From an uncultured Candidatus Rokubacteria bacterium (GTDB lineage: Bacteria > Methylomirabilota > Methylomirabilia > Rokubacteriales > CSP1-6): 64,000 nt of DNA. The notes below the pieces were generated by a model. It had not been told where the DNA came from. It saw nothing but the letters and a program-made list of their open reading frames with translations, and made no database searches. The position numbers and the translations under genes are program-made. The stretch spans positions 608,001 to 672,000 of the forward strand of contig CAVXJS010000011.1 of assembly GCA_963762145.1 (NCBI GenBank), given 5' to 3'. How positions within the stretch are numbered: position 1 is the first letter of the stretch; each line of letters starts with the position of its first letter. Shown here one piece after another: positions 14,277 through 24,832 of this stretch.

Positions 14277-15034
14277 CGCCCGCAGACCTCGAGCACCGGG
14301 TCCGGCCCGCGCACGGCGGCCAGCACCACCGCATGGATCGCCGGCTCGCGCAGGAGGCACCGGGCCGTCTCGCGCGCCGGGGTCCGGTCCGGGAGCGTGT
14401 CGACCTTGTTGATCAGGACGACGACCCGGGCGCCGGCCGGCACGCCCTTGCGCCCTCCGTCCGGATGGGCCAGGACGCGGGCCACGATCGCGGGCGTGAT
14501 CGGCGTCCCCAGCGACGCTCCCGAGAGCGCGCTGACGAGCTCCGGACGGTGCACGTGCTCGGCGTCCAGGGGAGCGCCGAAGACGTCCGCGCCGACCACG
14601 GGAACGACCAGCGTCGTGGCCGCCGGGATGACCGGCTCGTACCCGGCGGGGGCCTTGAAGGGACGCATGCGCGAGCCGTCCGCCTCGTTCAGGAGGCAGG
14701 CGTCCGGGAACCACGCGCGCAGGTGCCGGAAGAGATCGAGGGCAATGCCCTCGGCCTTGCCGCTCCCGGCCTCGGTCGGGCCGATGACGAGCACGTGCCC
14801 GTGGGCGGCCAGGGCGGCCGCGACGCGGTCCCGCGTCAGGTCGGCGGCGGGGACGTGGGCGGGGGCCAGCGCGATCTGCGCGCCGAAGATGCGGGTGGTC
14901 GTGGTGGTGATCGCGCGCCCGCCGCGGTCCACCACCTCGCGCGCCAGGCGGAACATCGCGGTGGTCTTGCCGCCACCCCCGACGAGCGCGACGCTCTCGT
15001 CCGCCGCCATCCGCAGCGCGTCCGCCAGCGTCAT
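14273..15034 (-). CDS. yqeC: Selenium-dependent hydroxylase accessory protein YqeC
   Basis: Motifs [32 protein letters not shown]-x-YEPVIP, INKVD. ATGA overlaps on both sides. Confidence 0.88.
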   Translation of the reverse strand: MTLADALRMAADESVALVGGGGKTTAMFRLAREVVDRGGRAITTTTTRIFGAQIALAPAHVPAADLTRDRVAAALAAHGHVLVIGPTEAGSGKAEGIALDLFRHLRAWFPDACLLNEADGSRMRPFKAPAGYEPVIPAATTLVVPVVGADVFGAPLDAEHVHRPELVSALSGASLGTPITPAIVARVLAHPDGGRKGVPAGARVVVLINKVDTLPDRTPARETARCLLREPAIHAVVLAAVRGPDPVLEVCGR

Positions 15035-17220
15035 CGACGCGCGCGGAAGCGGTCCAGGACGTTGCGGAGGATGCGCGAGACGTTGTTGTCGTAGCGGTTG
15101 TGCGACAGGCTGCCGCAGAAGGTGATGGAGCCCACCGCGAAGACCGCGCCCCCGCCGGGCAGCTCGGCGTAGGTCATGTCGGCGCGCAGGAGCCGGGCCG
15201 GCTTCTCCCCGGTCACCGTGGCCAGGTGCGAGAGCAGCTCCTCGGGCACCACGATGAAGCTCGGGCCGTGTCCCTCGGAGCTGGCCACCACGATGGCGCC
15301 CGCGGGCGTGCCGAGCGCGGGGTCGGCGCGGTCGAGCTCGAAGCCGGCCGCTCCGCCGCCCGAGAGGCCGAAGTCGCCGATGACCTCGTCGGTGACGCCG
15401 TCCAGGATCCAGGCCGCCCTCGGATCGTCCGCCCCGGGCTGGCGGCGATAGTACGAGCCCTCGAAGAGGCCCTGGCCCGAGAAGCCCACCGTCGCGATCC
15501 GCTGCGGCGGGCGCCCGTTGCGGCGCCAGAGGCCGCCGTAGGCGCCGTCGAGCGCGTGGTAGTACTCGCCGGTCTGCGCGTCCCACGCCCGGATGCCGCC
15601 CTCGGCGCGCCGCACCTCGATGACGCCGGGCACCGCGGCGCTGGTGGCGATGCGCCAGTAGAATCCGTTGCCGCCCAGGTAGACCAGCCGGCCGCCGCCG
15701 TCCAGGTAGCCCTGGTGCGCGTCGAGCGTGCGCGCGGTGTGGTACTCGGGATGCGAGCCGGTGAGCACCGCCGCGTACGGGGCGAGCAGGGCCGCGCCCT
15801 CGGCCTCCACGTCCTCGTCGGTGACGACGTCGACGCGGATGCCCTGCGCCTCGAGCCAGTCGAGCAGATGGGTGTCCGCCGAGTAGTGGCGCAGGCCCGA
15901 GCCGCGCGCGTCGAGGAAGGTGAGATAGCGGGGCCGGAAGGTCAGCACGGGGCGGAGGCGGGACGAATAGCAGATGCCGCTGCCGTCCCGGTGCCGGTTG
16001 TACGTGGACCAGCCGTAGTCCGGATGATCGTCCGGGGTGTGGGGCGCGGCGCCCCACGCGGCGACGCGCTCCCGGTACGCGGCGTTGGTGGAGCCGCGCG
16101 CGTGATTCGCGTAGGCCTGATACGTGTAGGTGGACGCGATGTAGCACACGTCCGCGCGGGGCCCGCCGCGGGGCGGCCGCACGTAGAACGGCAGGTCGTC
16201 GGCGTGGCCCTCCGCGGACAGCCGCATGAGGTAGGCGCCGCTCGGCAGGTCGTCCGGCACCGTGAACTCGAAATCGGTGGCCCAGCCCGCGTCGTGGACG
16301 TCGTCGTCGTGGAAGTGGATGGCCGCGTACTCCCGCGGGGCGTGACGCCAGCACATCTCGTGTCCCGTCCAGCGCGCGCCGGTCACCGCGCGCGTCGGGA
16401 GGTTGACGAGCCGGCCCCCGAGGCGGTGCGGGCCCACGTCGGTGACGGCGAGCCCGTCGATGCCGCGGGAGAAGTCCCAGCCCGCGACCAGCTCCGCGGG
16501 CGGGAGCAGGGGATCGAGCACCAGCGCCTCCGGCGCGCTCGCCGCCGCGGCGAGCAGCAGCGGGTCCTCGATCTTGCCGTTGTAGTGCTCGCGCGCGTCG
16601 GGCGCCAGGCGCGCGCCGATCAGCAGCGGCGCGGCGGTGTCGAGCCGGGCCGCGGGCGGCAGCGGCGCCGACGCGTCCTCCCGGCCGCCGCCGACGAGCG
16701 GCGCGTGGCCGACGCGCAGCGTGCCCGCGGCCGGGTCGGCCACCAGCCAGATGCGGTGCCAGCGCCGGAGCGGGAGCGCCCGGCCGGTGGAGACGGTGAG
16801 CGGGCCGCCACCCGGCGCGCCGACCCGCGCGGTGACGCCGCCGGGGCCGAGCGACAGGGCCCAGCCCGCGTGGCCGGTCTCGTCCCAGCGGGAGATCACG
16901 CACTGCTCGCGCGGCGCCGCGTAGGTCGGCCAGACCAGGGCGGAGACGGTGAGCGGTCCCGGCGTGCGCAGGGCCGTCGCGGCGTCGACGCGGACATAGG
17001 AGCCCTGGGCGAGCGGCTGGACGCGGGAGGGGCGCTCGATCGCGAAGCGGGCGGCGAGATCCTCGATCTTCACGCCGGGCCCGGCCGGGTTCGGATCGGC
17101 GTGGATGACCCGCGCGAGGCGGGCGCGATACGGTCCCGCCGCCGTGCTCGAGACCTTGAAGGCGATGCGCTCGCCGGGCGCGGCGGAGAGCCGGTCGCTA
17201 TAGCCGGTGAGCGGGATCAC
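15031..17220 (-). CDS. N,N-dimethylformamidase large-subunit-like protein
   Basis: Motifs [60 protein letters not shown]. Confidence 0.85.
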   Translation of the reverse strand: MIPLTGYSDRLSAAPGERIAFKVSSTAAGPYRARLARVIHADPNPAGPGVKIEDLAARFAIERPSRVQPLAQGSYVRVDAATALRTPGPLTVSALVWPTYAAPREQCVISRWDETGHAGWALSLGPGGVTARVGAPGGGPLTVSTGRALPLRRWHRIWLVADPAAGTLRVGHAPLVGGGREDASAPLPPAARLDTAAPLLIGARLAPDAREHYNGKIEDPLLLAAAASAPEALVLDPLLPPAELVAGWDFSRGIDGLAVTDVGPHRLGGRLVNLPTRAVTGARWTGHEMCWRHAPREYAAIHFHDDDVHDAGWATDFEFTVPDDLPSGAYLMRLSAEGHADDLPFYVRPPRGGPRADVCYIASTYTYQAYANHARGSTNAAYRERVAAWGAAPHTPDDHPDYGWSTYNRHRDGSGICYSSRLRPVLTFRPRYLTFLDARGSGLRHYSADTHLLDWLEAQGIRVDVVTDEDVEAEGAALLAPYAAVLTGSHPEYHTARTLDAHQGYLDGGGRLVYLGGNGFYWRIATSAAVPGVIEVRRAEGGIRAWDAQTGEYYHALDGAYGGLWRRNGRPPQRIATVGFSGQGLFEGSYYRRQPGADDPRAAWILDGVTDEVIGDFGLSGGGAAGFELDRADPALGTPAGAIVVASSEGHGPSFIVVPEELLSHLATVTGEKPARLLRADMTYAELPGGGAVFAVGSITFCGSLSHNRYDNNVSRILRNVLDRFRARR

Positions 17221-18568
17221 TTAGCCGAGGAACTGCTCGCACACCTCGAGCCAGGCCTGGGTGGTGAGGGCCAGGGATTCGACGTCGATGCGCTCGTCGT
17301 TGCCGTGGAAGCGGCCGGACATCGCCTCCGCGGTCAGCGTGCGCGAGAAGAGCCCGAAGCCGTAGGCCACCGCGCCCTTCTCGCGGAAGTAGGGCGCGTC
17401 GGTGAAGCCCACGATCATCTTGGGCAGGAGCTTCGCCCCCGGGTAGTGCGCGTCCACCACGCGGCCCAGCACGTGCCAGAGCGGGGTGCCGGTGGGGGAG
17501 GTGGAGGCGGGCTTGGAGAAGAGCTTCTCGACCTCGATCTCCTCGGCGAGGCCGCCCAGGGCCTTGTCGAGATGCCGGCGCACCTCGTCCTCGTTGTCGC
17601 CGGGGACGGTGCGGATGTCCACCTCGACGTCCACCGCGTCCGGGATCACGTTGGTCTTCACGCCGCCGTGGCAGACGTTCGGGGAGAACGTGGTGTGGGT
17701 GGCCGACCACGAGAGCTTGGCGAGGGCGGGCGCGAGGCCTTCGATGGCCTCGTCCACCCGCGAGGGATCGGCGAGGGCTTCCTTCACCGCGGGAGCGAGG
17801 TGCAGCGTGTCCACGAAGGCGCGCCACAGCTCGTCGACGTAGGGCGAGGGCCGGTAGTCGGCCAGGCGGCTCACCACCTGCGCGGCCTTGACCAGGGCGT
17901 TGTTCGAGCCGTAGGGCATCGAGCCGTGCCCGGGCGTGCCCTTGACGCGAAGGCGGCGCCACGCCACGCCCTTCTCGCCGACGTGCACGGTGACGTTCAG
18001 CTCGTCGCCCCGGGTTCCGCGGCTCACGGTGCCGCCGTTCTCGGTCAGGCAGTAGTCGGCCCGGAGCGCGTCCCAGTGCCGCTCGACCACGTGCCCGGCG
18101 CCGAGGGTGCCGCCGGCCTCCTCGTCGGCGCAGGCCAGGTAGACGAGCGTGCCGCGCGGCCGCCAGCCGCGGACGGCCAGGGTCTTGAGCGCGACCGCCT
18201 GCGAGGCGGTGAGGTTCAGCATGTCCACCGCGCCGCGCCCCCACACCTCGCCGTCGACGAGCTCGCCGCCGAAGGGATCGCGCGTCCAGGTCTTGGGGTT
18301 CACCGGCACCACGTCGGTGTGGCCCATCAGGCACAGCGTGGGCGCCTTGGGATCGGTGCCCTCGATGCGGGCCACGAGGCTGCCGCGGCCGGGGGCGTGC
18401 GCGGGCTCGTAGACCTCGAGGTCGAGGCCGCTGCCCTCGAAGTAGCTGCGGAGCGTGTCGCTGTTGCGGGTCTCCTGGCCGGAGAGCAGCGGTGCCGTCG
18501 TTCACGCACTGGTTGCGGATCATGTGCTGCAGCAGCTCCACCGTCTGTCCGGTCAGGGCATCGCTCAT
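17221..18568 (-). CDS. M20/M25/M40 family metallohydrolase (frameshift near 18490)
   Basis: Motifs MGHTDVVP, WGRGAVDM, ADEE, GHGS, TNVIP, FHGNDER. Confidence 0.88.
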
Positions 18569-18579
18569 GGATCGGTATC

Positions 18580-19419
18580 CTAGCCAGCGGGCGCGGTCTT
18601 GTCGAGGGGCCGCTCGAAGACCGCCTGGATCGAGACGAGCCGGCCCTCGTCGCGATTGCGATGGCCGACGCGGATGATCTCGTCGATGGCGTCCCCCATC
18701 ACGAGGCGCTGGATGCTGTGCGCGGGGATCGCGGCCGCGGTCGCGGGGCCTGCGGTCTCCGCGGTCACGTCGTCCCACGCGCGGAGCCGGAATCCGGCGG
18801 CCTCGATCACCGCGCGCATCTCGGCCGGCGGGCGCAGGAAGGTCGTCGAGGCATCGCGCGCCCACATCACCGGATAGAGCAGGGGCTGCACCGGGCCGGT
18901 CATCGGCTCCTGCAGCGCCAGCAGGCCGCCGGGCCGCAGCACCCGATGGAAGCCCGCGTAGAGGCGCTCCTTGTCCGCGATGTTCATGCCGCTGTTCTGC
19001 GTCCACACGAGATCGAAGGCCCCGTCGGGGAAGGGCAGGGCGAGCGCGTTGCCCACGTGGTGGCTGACGCGATCGTCGAGGCGCATCCGCGTGGTCAACG
19101 TCTGCGCGGCGCGCACGTAGGAGGCGGTCAGGTCCACGGTCGTGACGAGGCAGCCGAACTCCACCGCCAGCGTGCGGGCGGGGCCGCCGAATCCGCCGCC
19201 GACGTCGAGGACCCGCATGCCGCGCGCGGCCCCGGCGAGGCGCGCGAGGCGGTCGGTGGCGGGCTTGCCGCCGCCGTGGAACTGGTCCACCGGTGCCACC
19301 GCGTCGGGCGTGAGCGCGTCGAGGTCGGCGCCGCGCGCGGTGAGGGCGGCCAGGATGGCCTCCGCGAGGTTCTCGCGCCCCCAGTAGGCCTCGATGGTGC
19401 GCGCGTCGAATTCGGGCAT
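18580..19419 (-). CDS. Class I SAM-dependent methyltransferase
   Basis: Motifs DQFH, VLDVGGGFGG, LPFPDGAFD, VLRPGG. Confidence 0.88.
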   Translation of the reverse strand: MPEFDARTIEAYWGRENLAEAILAALTARGADLDALTPDAVAPVDQFHGGGKPATDRLARLAGAARGMRVLDVGGGFGGPARTLAVEFGCLVTTVDLTASYVRAAQTLTTRMRLDDRVSHHVGNALALPFPDGAFDLVWTQNSGMNIADKERLYAGFHRVLRPGGLLALQEPMTGPVQPLLYPVMWARDASTTFLRPPAEMRAVIEAAGFRLRAWDDVTAETAGPATAAAIPAHSIQRLVMGDAIDEIIRVGHRNRDEGRLVSIQAVFERPLDKTAPAG

Positions 19420-19420
19420 T

Positions 19421-20257
19421 TCAGCCGGCGAGCGCGGCCATGCGGTCGAGGAAGGGCAGCGCGTCGTCGAGGCGGCGCGGCGCCACCAGGGTGACGCGCG
19501 TCACGCCCAGGTCCTCCAGGCGCCTCACCGCGTCGGGGGTGGGTGGCTTGAACGCGAAGACCGAGACCGAGAGGTCGTCGGGCCGGCGGCCCGCGACCCG
19601 GGCCCGCTCCTGGAGGTCGGCGATGGCGGCGGGCAGGTCGTCCAGCAGCACGTCGATCGGGATCCACCCGTCGCAGTACTCCACCACGCGCGCCCGGCCC
19701 TGAGCGGTGGCGCCGCCGAACAGGATCGGCGGATGCGGGGTCTGCACCGGCTTGGGGAAGGAGATCGCGCGGTCGAAGTTGACGAACTCCCCGTGAAACG
19801 ACGCCTCGTCCTGGGTCCAGAGGGCCTTCATGGCGAGCACGCGCTCGCGCAGCACGCGCCACCGCTTGGCGAACGGCGTGCCGTGATGCTCCATCTCCTC
19901 CCGGTTCCACCCCCCGCCGATGCCGAAGAGCACGCGGCCGCGGGAGAGCCAGTCGAGGGTGGCGACCGCCTTGGCGAGGACGATCGGGTCGTGCTCGACC
20001 ACCAGGCAGATGCCGGTGCCGAGCTTGATCGTCCGCGTCGCGGCCGCCGCCGCCATCAGGGAGACGAACGGATCGGCCATGTGATAGTACGGCTTGGGCA
20101 GCGGCTCGCCGCCCGGGTACGGCGTCTGCCGGGCGGCCGGGATGTGGGTGTGCTCGCCGACCCAGAAGGACTCGAACCCGCGGTCCTCCGCGGCGCGGGC
20201 CAGCTCGTCCGGCCGCGCGCCGTACTCCACGTTGTAGCTGAAGACGCCGAGGTGCAT
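19421..20257 (-). CDS. LLM-class (putative F420-dependent) oxidoreductase
   Basis: Motifs GFESFWVGEHTHIP, LGTGICL, GIGGGWNREE, PKPVQ. Confidence 0.88.
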   Translation of the reverse strand: MHLGVFSYNVEYGARPDELARAAEDRGFESFWVGEHTHIPAARQTPYPGGEPLPKPYYHMADPFVSLMAAAAATRTIKLGTGICLVVEHDPIVLAKAVATLDWLSRGRVLFGIGGGWNREEMEHHGTPFAKRWRVLRERVLAMKALWTQDEASFHGEFVNFDRAISFPKPVQTPHPPILFGGATAQGRARVVEYCDGWIPIDVLLDDLPAAIADLQERARVAGRRPDDLSVSVFAFKPPTPDAVRRLEDLGVTRVTLVAPRRLDDALPFLDRMAALAG

Positions 20258-20276
20258 CGCGGGCGCCGGGCCGCGC

Positions 20277-21287
20277 CTACCTGCCCCGGCGCGCGCGCCC
20301 GGGCGCGTAGACCTCGGGGTTGACCACGTTGATCGGGCGCTCCCGGAGCAGCACGCGGGCGATCTCCTCGCCGCAGCGCTTCGGCACCTGGGCCACCGCG
20401 GGAGAGGAGAAGTAGGCCGCGTGCGGCGTGAGGATCACGTTGTCCATGCGGCGCAACGGGCTGTCGGCCGCGAGCGGCTCCTCCTCGAAGACGTCGAGCG
20501 CCGCGCCGGCCAGCTGCCCCGCCTGCAGCGCGCGGACCAGGGCGCGCTCGTCGACCACCGGACCGCGGGAGGTATTGACGAGACAGGCGGTCGGCTTCAT
20601 GCGCTTGAAGAAGGCGTCGTTGATCAGGCCGCGCGTCTCCGCGTTCAGCAGCGCGTGGACCGAGACGTAGTCCGCCCGCGCGGCCAGCGTGAGCAGGTCC
20701 ACCCGCTCGACGCCGAGGGCGGCGAAGCGGGCGTCGTCCACGTGGGGGTCGCAGGCGATGACGTGCGTCTCGAGCGCGGCGATCCGGCGGGCGAAGGCGC
20801 TGCCGATGTTGCCGAGCCCGACGATGCCCACCGTCTCGCCGTGGAGCGAGCCGGTGACCGCCCCCGGGACCCGCGAGCTCCACGTGCCGGCGTGCACCTC
20901 GCGGTCGAGCGTGACGATCTTGCGGTTCCAGGCCAGCAGCAGGGCGAGCGCGTGGTTGGCCACCTCGCGGATCCAGACGTCGGGCACGTTGATCACCACC
21001 ACGCCCAGCTCCGTCGCGGCCGGCACGTCGATGACGTCGTAGCCCACGCCGGTACGCATCACCGCCTTGACGCCCTCGAGCGACTCCATCACGCGACGGG
21101 TGACCGGCGACGAGGAGATGATGAGCGCGTCGGCGTCGCGGGTGCGGGCGATCACCTCGTCGGCGTCGCCGATGAAGGGCAGCGAGACCAGCTGGGCGGG
21201 CACGCGGTCGAGCGCGGTCTGGCAGTCGGCGTAGTCGCGCTCGCCGCGGCCCTGGATGACGTACACCTTGAACGGTCGGTCGGGCAC
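20277..21287 (-). CDS. D-2-hydroxyacid dehydrogenase (CtBP-like)
   Basis: Motifs GVGYD, GLGNIG, VNTSRG, LDVFEEEP, LTPHAA. Confidence 0.88.
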   Translation of the reverse strand: MPDRPFKVYVIQGRGERDYADCQTALDRVPAQLVSLPFIGDADEVIARTRDADALIISSSPVTRRVMESLEGVKAVMRTGVGYDVIDVPAATELGVVVINVPDVWIREVANHALALLLAWNRKIVTLDREVHAGTWSSRVPGAVTGSLHGETVGIVGLGNIGSAFARRIAALETHVIACDPHVDDARFAALGVERVDLLTLAARADYVSVHALLNAETRGLINDAFFKRMKPTACLVNTSRGPVVDERALVRALQAGQLAGAALDVFEEEPLAADSPLRRMDNVILTPHAAYFSSPAVAQVPKRCGEEIARVLLRERPINVVNPEVYAPGRARRGR

Positions 21288-21325
21288 TGGTCTCTCCGTC
21301 GGAATGGGATGTGGGTCAGAATCGG

Positions 21326-22087
21326 TCAGAATTGGCCGTGGCGGCCGGCGCCCGTCGCGAAGCGTTCCGCGCCCGCCTGGCTCTCGCCGGTGTCGTGGGT
21401 GGCCTTGCCCAGCCGGAACTCGTTGGCCATGGCCGCGGGCAGGGGCAGGCCCGCGCTCTCCCATGCGGAGCGCCGGTCGCTGCGCACGCAGTGCGGGGGG
21501 AAGGCCGCGATGTCCCGGGCCAGCGCCTCCGCCGCCTCGCGGGCCCGGCCGGCCGGGACCACGCGGTTGGCCAGCCCGAAGCCGAGCGCCTCCCGCGCAT
21601 CCACCGGGCGGCCGGTCAGGATCAAGTCGAGCGCGCGCGACAGGCCGATCAGCTGGGGTAGCCTGACCGTTCCGCCGTCGATCAGCGGCACGCCCCAGCG
21701 GCGGCAGAAGACCCCGAAGATCGCGGTGTCGCCGGCCACGCGCAGGTCGCACATCAGCGAGAGCTCGAGCCCGCCCGCCACCGCGTGGCCCTCCACCGCG
21801 GCGATCGTCGGCTTGGTGAACGCCATCCGCGTGGGGCCCATGGGCCCGGGGCCGTCGGCGGCCAGGCGCAGGCCGCGCCCGGTCCCCCGGGCCTTGAGGT
21901 CCGCCCCCGCGCAGAACGTGCCGCCCGCGCCCCAGAGCACGGCGACCCGCAGGGTCTCGTCCCGCTCGAACTCCTCGAAGGCCTCGATCAGGGCCCGCGC
22001 CGCGGGCCCGTCCACCGCGTTCCGGGCCTCGGGGCGGTCCATGACGATCGTCGCCACCATGTCGCTTCGCTCGATTCGAATGGCCAT
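21326..22087 (-). CDS. Enoyl-CoA hydratase/crotonase
   Basis: Motifs RNAVD, FCAGADL, AVAGGLEL, PLIDGG. Confidence 0.9.
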   Translation of the reverse strand: MAIRIERSDMVATIVMDRPEARNAVDGPAARALIEAFEEFERDETLRVAVLWGAGGTFCAGADLKARGTGRGLRLAADGPGPMGPTRMAFTKPTIAAVEGHAVAGGLELSLMCDLRVAGDTAIFGVFCRRWGVPLIDGGTVRLPQLIGLSRALDLILTGRPVDAREALGFGLANRVVPAGRAREAAEALARDIAAFPPHCVRSDRRSAWESAGLPLPAAMANEFRLGKATHDTGESQAGAERFATGAGRHGQF

Positions 22088-22226
22088 CGGGTCTCTCCTC
22101 GTGCCGGTCGCGGCCCCGGAAGAATCTATCACCTTTCGCCGGGGGGCCTTTCACACCGGAGCCCGGCCGGGGTCACACGAGCAGAAGCGAGACCCCACCA
22201 CCCGGCCCACCAAGAGGGAGGACACG

Positions 22227-22676
22227 ATGAGCGAGAAGGCGACGATGCTGCGGGATGCGGACCTGGCGTTCGGGGAGCTGCGTGCAGCGATCGAGGGGTT
22301 GAGCGACGAGGACATGCGCCGGGTCTGGCTCGGGACCTGGGGCGTGCGCGAGATCCTGATCCACATCACGGGCTGGCACGACGAGATGGCGGTCGCGCTC
22401 GGCCGGGTCGCGAAAGGGGATGCGCCGTATCCGAAGGGGACGTACGATGACTTCGATGCGTGGAACGCGCGCTTCGTGGAGCAGAAGGCAGGCGTGAAGA
22501 CCGCCGACGTGGTGGCCGACGTGGAGGCCTCCCACCGCAAGCTGGTGGCCGCGGCCGCCGCGCTGCCGGAGACCCTCTTCGCCGCCGACGGCGCCGCGCG
22601 GGGCCCGTTCGACGGAGCCGGCGCCGGGCACTACCGCGAGCACACGGAGCAGATCCGTCAATGGCGACAGGGCTAG
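22227..22676 (+). CDS. DinB/DfsB-like four-helix-bundle protein
   Basis: GGAGG RBS. Motifs WGVREILIHITGW, WNA, HYREH. Confidence 0.75.
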   Translation: MSEKATMLRDADLAFGELRAAIEGLSDEDMRRVWLGTWGVREILIHITGWHDEMAVALGRVAKGDAPYPKGTYDDFDAWNARFVEQKAGVKTADVVADVEASHRKLVAAAAALPETLFAADGAARGPFDGAGAGHYREHTEQIRQWRQG

Positions 22677-23241
22677 GGACCGGCTTCACCCTCTTCGACA
22701 CCGCGATCGGCGCGTGCGGCATCGCGTGGAACGCCCGCGGAATCGTGGGCGTGCAGCTTCCCGAGCCGAGCCCATCGGAGACACGGGCGCGGCTCGGCGC
22801 CGGTTCCCGGAGGCGCGCGAAGCGCTCCCACCGGGGCCGGTCCGGGAGGCCATCGAGGGTGTCGTGGCCCTGCTGCGGGGTGAGCCGTGCGCGCTCGATA
22901 CGGTGACCCTCGACATGGACGGCGTCCCGCCGTTTCACCGGCGGGTGTACGAGGTCGCGCGCACGATCCCGCCCGGCACGACGGTGTCCTACGGCGAGGT
23001 CGCGGCGCGCCTGGGCGAGCCCGGCGCCGCGCGCGACGTGGGCCAGGCGCTCGGCCAGAACCCGTTCGCGATCATCGTGCCGTGCCATCGCGTGCTCGCC
23101 GCCAACGGCAAGGTCGGAGGCTTCTCCGCGCGGGGCGGGGTCCGGACCAAGCTCCGGCTGATCTCGAGCGAGCGGGCGGGAGGGCACGGCGCGTTGCCTC
23201 TCTTCCGCGGCGTCCCGGAGAACCCGCCGCCGTCGCGCTAG
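22661..23241 (+). CDS. ogt: Methylated-DNA--protein-cysteine methyltransferase (frameshift near 22795)
   Basis: SYGEVA, VGQALGQNP and the active-site IVPCHRV motif. Confidence 0.85.
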
Positions 23242-23265
23242 GACCCATCGTGCTAGACTCCCGCC

Positions 23266-24135
23266 GTGCACATCGGCGTGGTCTTTCCGCAGGTCGAGAT
23301 CGGCGCGGATCCGGGCGCGATCCGTGACTACGCGCAGGCGGTCGAGGCGATGGGCTACACGCACATCCTCACCTTCGACCACGTGCTCGGGGCGAACCCG
23401 GAGCGGCCCGGTGGCTGGAAGGGCCCGTACACGTACCGTCATGCGTTCCACGAGCCGTTCGTGCTGTTCGGCTTCCTGGCCGCGGCCACCCGCCGCGTGG
23501 AGCTGGTCACCGGGATCCTGATCCTGCCCCAGCGCCAGACCGCGCTCGTGGCGAAGCAGGCCGCCGCGGTGGACGTGCTCTCGGCCGGGCGGCTGCGCCT
23601 CGGGGTCGGGGTCGGCTGGAACGCGGTCGAGTTCGAGGCCCTCGGCGAGCGTTTCACGAATCGGGGCGCGCGCATCGAGGAGCAGATCGCGGTGCTGCGC
23701 GCGCTCTGGGCCCGCGACCTCGTGACGATCGAGGGCCAGTGGCACCGGGTCACCGACGCGGGCCTCAACCCCTTGCCGCCGCGGCCCACGATCCCGATCT
23801 GGATGGGCGGCGAGAGCGAGCCCGTCGTGCGTCGCGCGGCGCGCCTGGCGGACGGGTGGATGCCCCACTTCCGCCCGGGACCCCCGGCGCAGGCCATCGT
23901 GGATCGGCTGCACGGCCTGATCCGGGAGGCCGGGCGCGACCCGGCGGCCTTCGGCATCGAGGGGCGCATGACGCTGGCGCAGGTGCCGGCCGACGAGCGT
24001 CAGGCCGAGCTGGCGGCATGGCGCGGGATGCGAGGAATCACGCATCTTTCCGTCCACACGGTGGGACTGGGCTTGAAGACGCCGGCGGAGCACGTGCAGG
24101 CGCTCGAACGCTTCAAGAAGGACCTCCTGACCTAG
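23266..24135 (+). CDS. LLM-class (putative F420-dependent) oxidoreductase
   Basis: Motifs FDHVLGA, FHEPF, LPQRQ, GVGVGWN, PIWMGG. Confidence 0.88.
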   Translation: MHIGVVFPQVEIGADPGAIRDYAQAVEAMGYTHILTFDHVLGANPERPGGWKGPYTYRHAFHEPFVLFGFLAAATRRVELVTGILILPQRQTALVAKQAAAVDVLSAGRLRLGVGVGWNAVEFEALGERFTNRGARIEEQIAVLRALWARDLVTIEGQWHRVTDAGLNPLPPRPTIPIWMGGESEPVVRRAARLADGWMPHFRPGPPAQAIVDRLHGLIREAGRDPAAFGIEGRMTLAQVPADERQAELAAWRGMRGITHLSVHTVGLGLKTPAEHVQALERFKKDLLT

Positions 24136-24141
24136 GCTCCG

Positions 24142-24729
24142 ATGCGGGGGATCGAGCAGATCCCGTGGCTCTACGACGCGCTCTGTGCCCTGTGCGAAGC
24201 CACGGGCCTGGCGCGCTGGCGGAGCTGGCTCGTGGACGGCGCGCGCGGGTGCGTGCTCGACCTGGGATGCGGCACCGGGCGAAACCTGCCGCTCCTGCCG
24301 GGCGGTGCCCGTGCGGTAGGGCTCGAGCCGTCGTGGCCCGCGCTCCAGCGTGCCCGCCGTCGGGCCCCCGGGGTGCCGCTCGTGGTCGGAAGCGCCGAGG
24401 CCCTCCCGTTCCGCGACGCCGTCTTCGACACGGTCCTGAGCGGCCTCGTCTTCTGCAGCGTGCCCGATCCACGCCAGGGCCTGCGGGAGGTCCGGCGCGT
24501 GCTGCGGCCGGACGGCCAGCTCCGGATGCTCGAGCACGTCCGCGCGACCCGGGCCTGGAAGGCCCGGCTCCAGGACCTGCTGCAGCCGGCCTGGACGCGG
24601 ATCACCGGCGGCTGCCATCCGAACCGCGAGACCGAGCGGGTGGTGGAGGCCGCCGGGCTCCGCATCGATCCGACGAGCCGGCGGGCGAAGGGCGAGATGC
24701 GCCGGTTCGCGGCGCGTCCGGTCGCCTAG
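24142..24729 (+). CDS. Class I SAM-dependent methyltransferase
   Basis: Motifs LDLGCGTG, AEALPF, LVFCSV, LEHV, GGCHPNR. Confidence 0.88.
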   Translation: MRGIEQIPWLYDALCALCEATGLARWRSWLVDGARGCVLDLGCGTGRNLPLLPGGARAVGLEPSWPALQRARRRAPGVPLVVGSAEALPFRDAVFDTVLSGLVFCSVPDPRQGLREVRRVLRPDGQLRMLEHVRATRAWKARLQDLLQPAWTRITGGCHPNRETERVVEAAGLRIDPTSRRAKGEMRRFAARPVA

Positions 24730-24832
24730 CCGGGATGGGCTCGGGAACCGCCGGGGCGGTCCCGGGGTTTAGTGCCAGACGTCCGCCTTCGCGCCGTTCC
24801 ACCACCGTCACCCACCGACCGAGGAGGAAGAC

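Noticed and set aside
14273-16903. 876-aa ORF as a large YqeC fusion
   Set aside because: The upstream part is an alternative frame of the DMFase-like gene; YqeC starts at the ATGA overlap at 15034.
15100-19494. 1464-aa plus-strand ORF, and many other long Arg/Gly/Ala-rich ORFs
   Set aside because: Antisense or alternative-frame shadows of real genes in high-GC DNA; no recognisable motifs.
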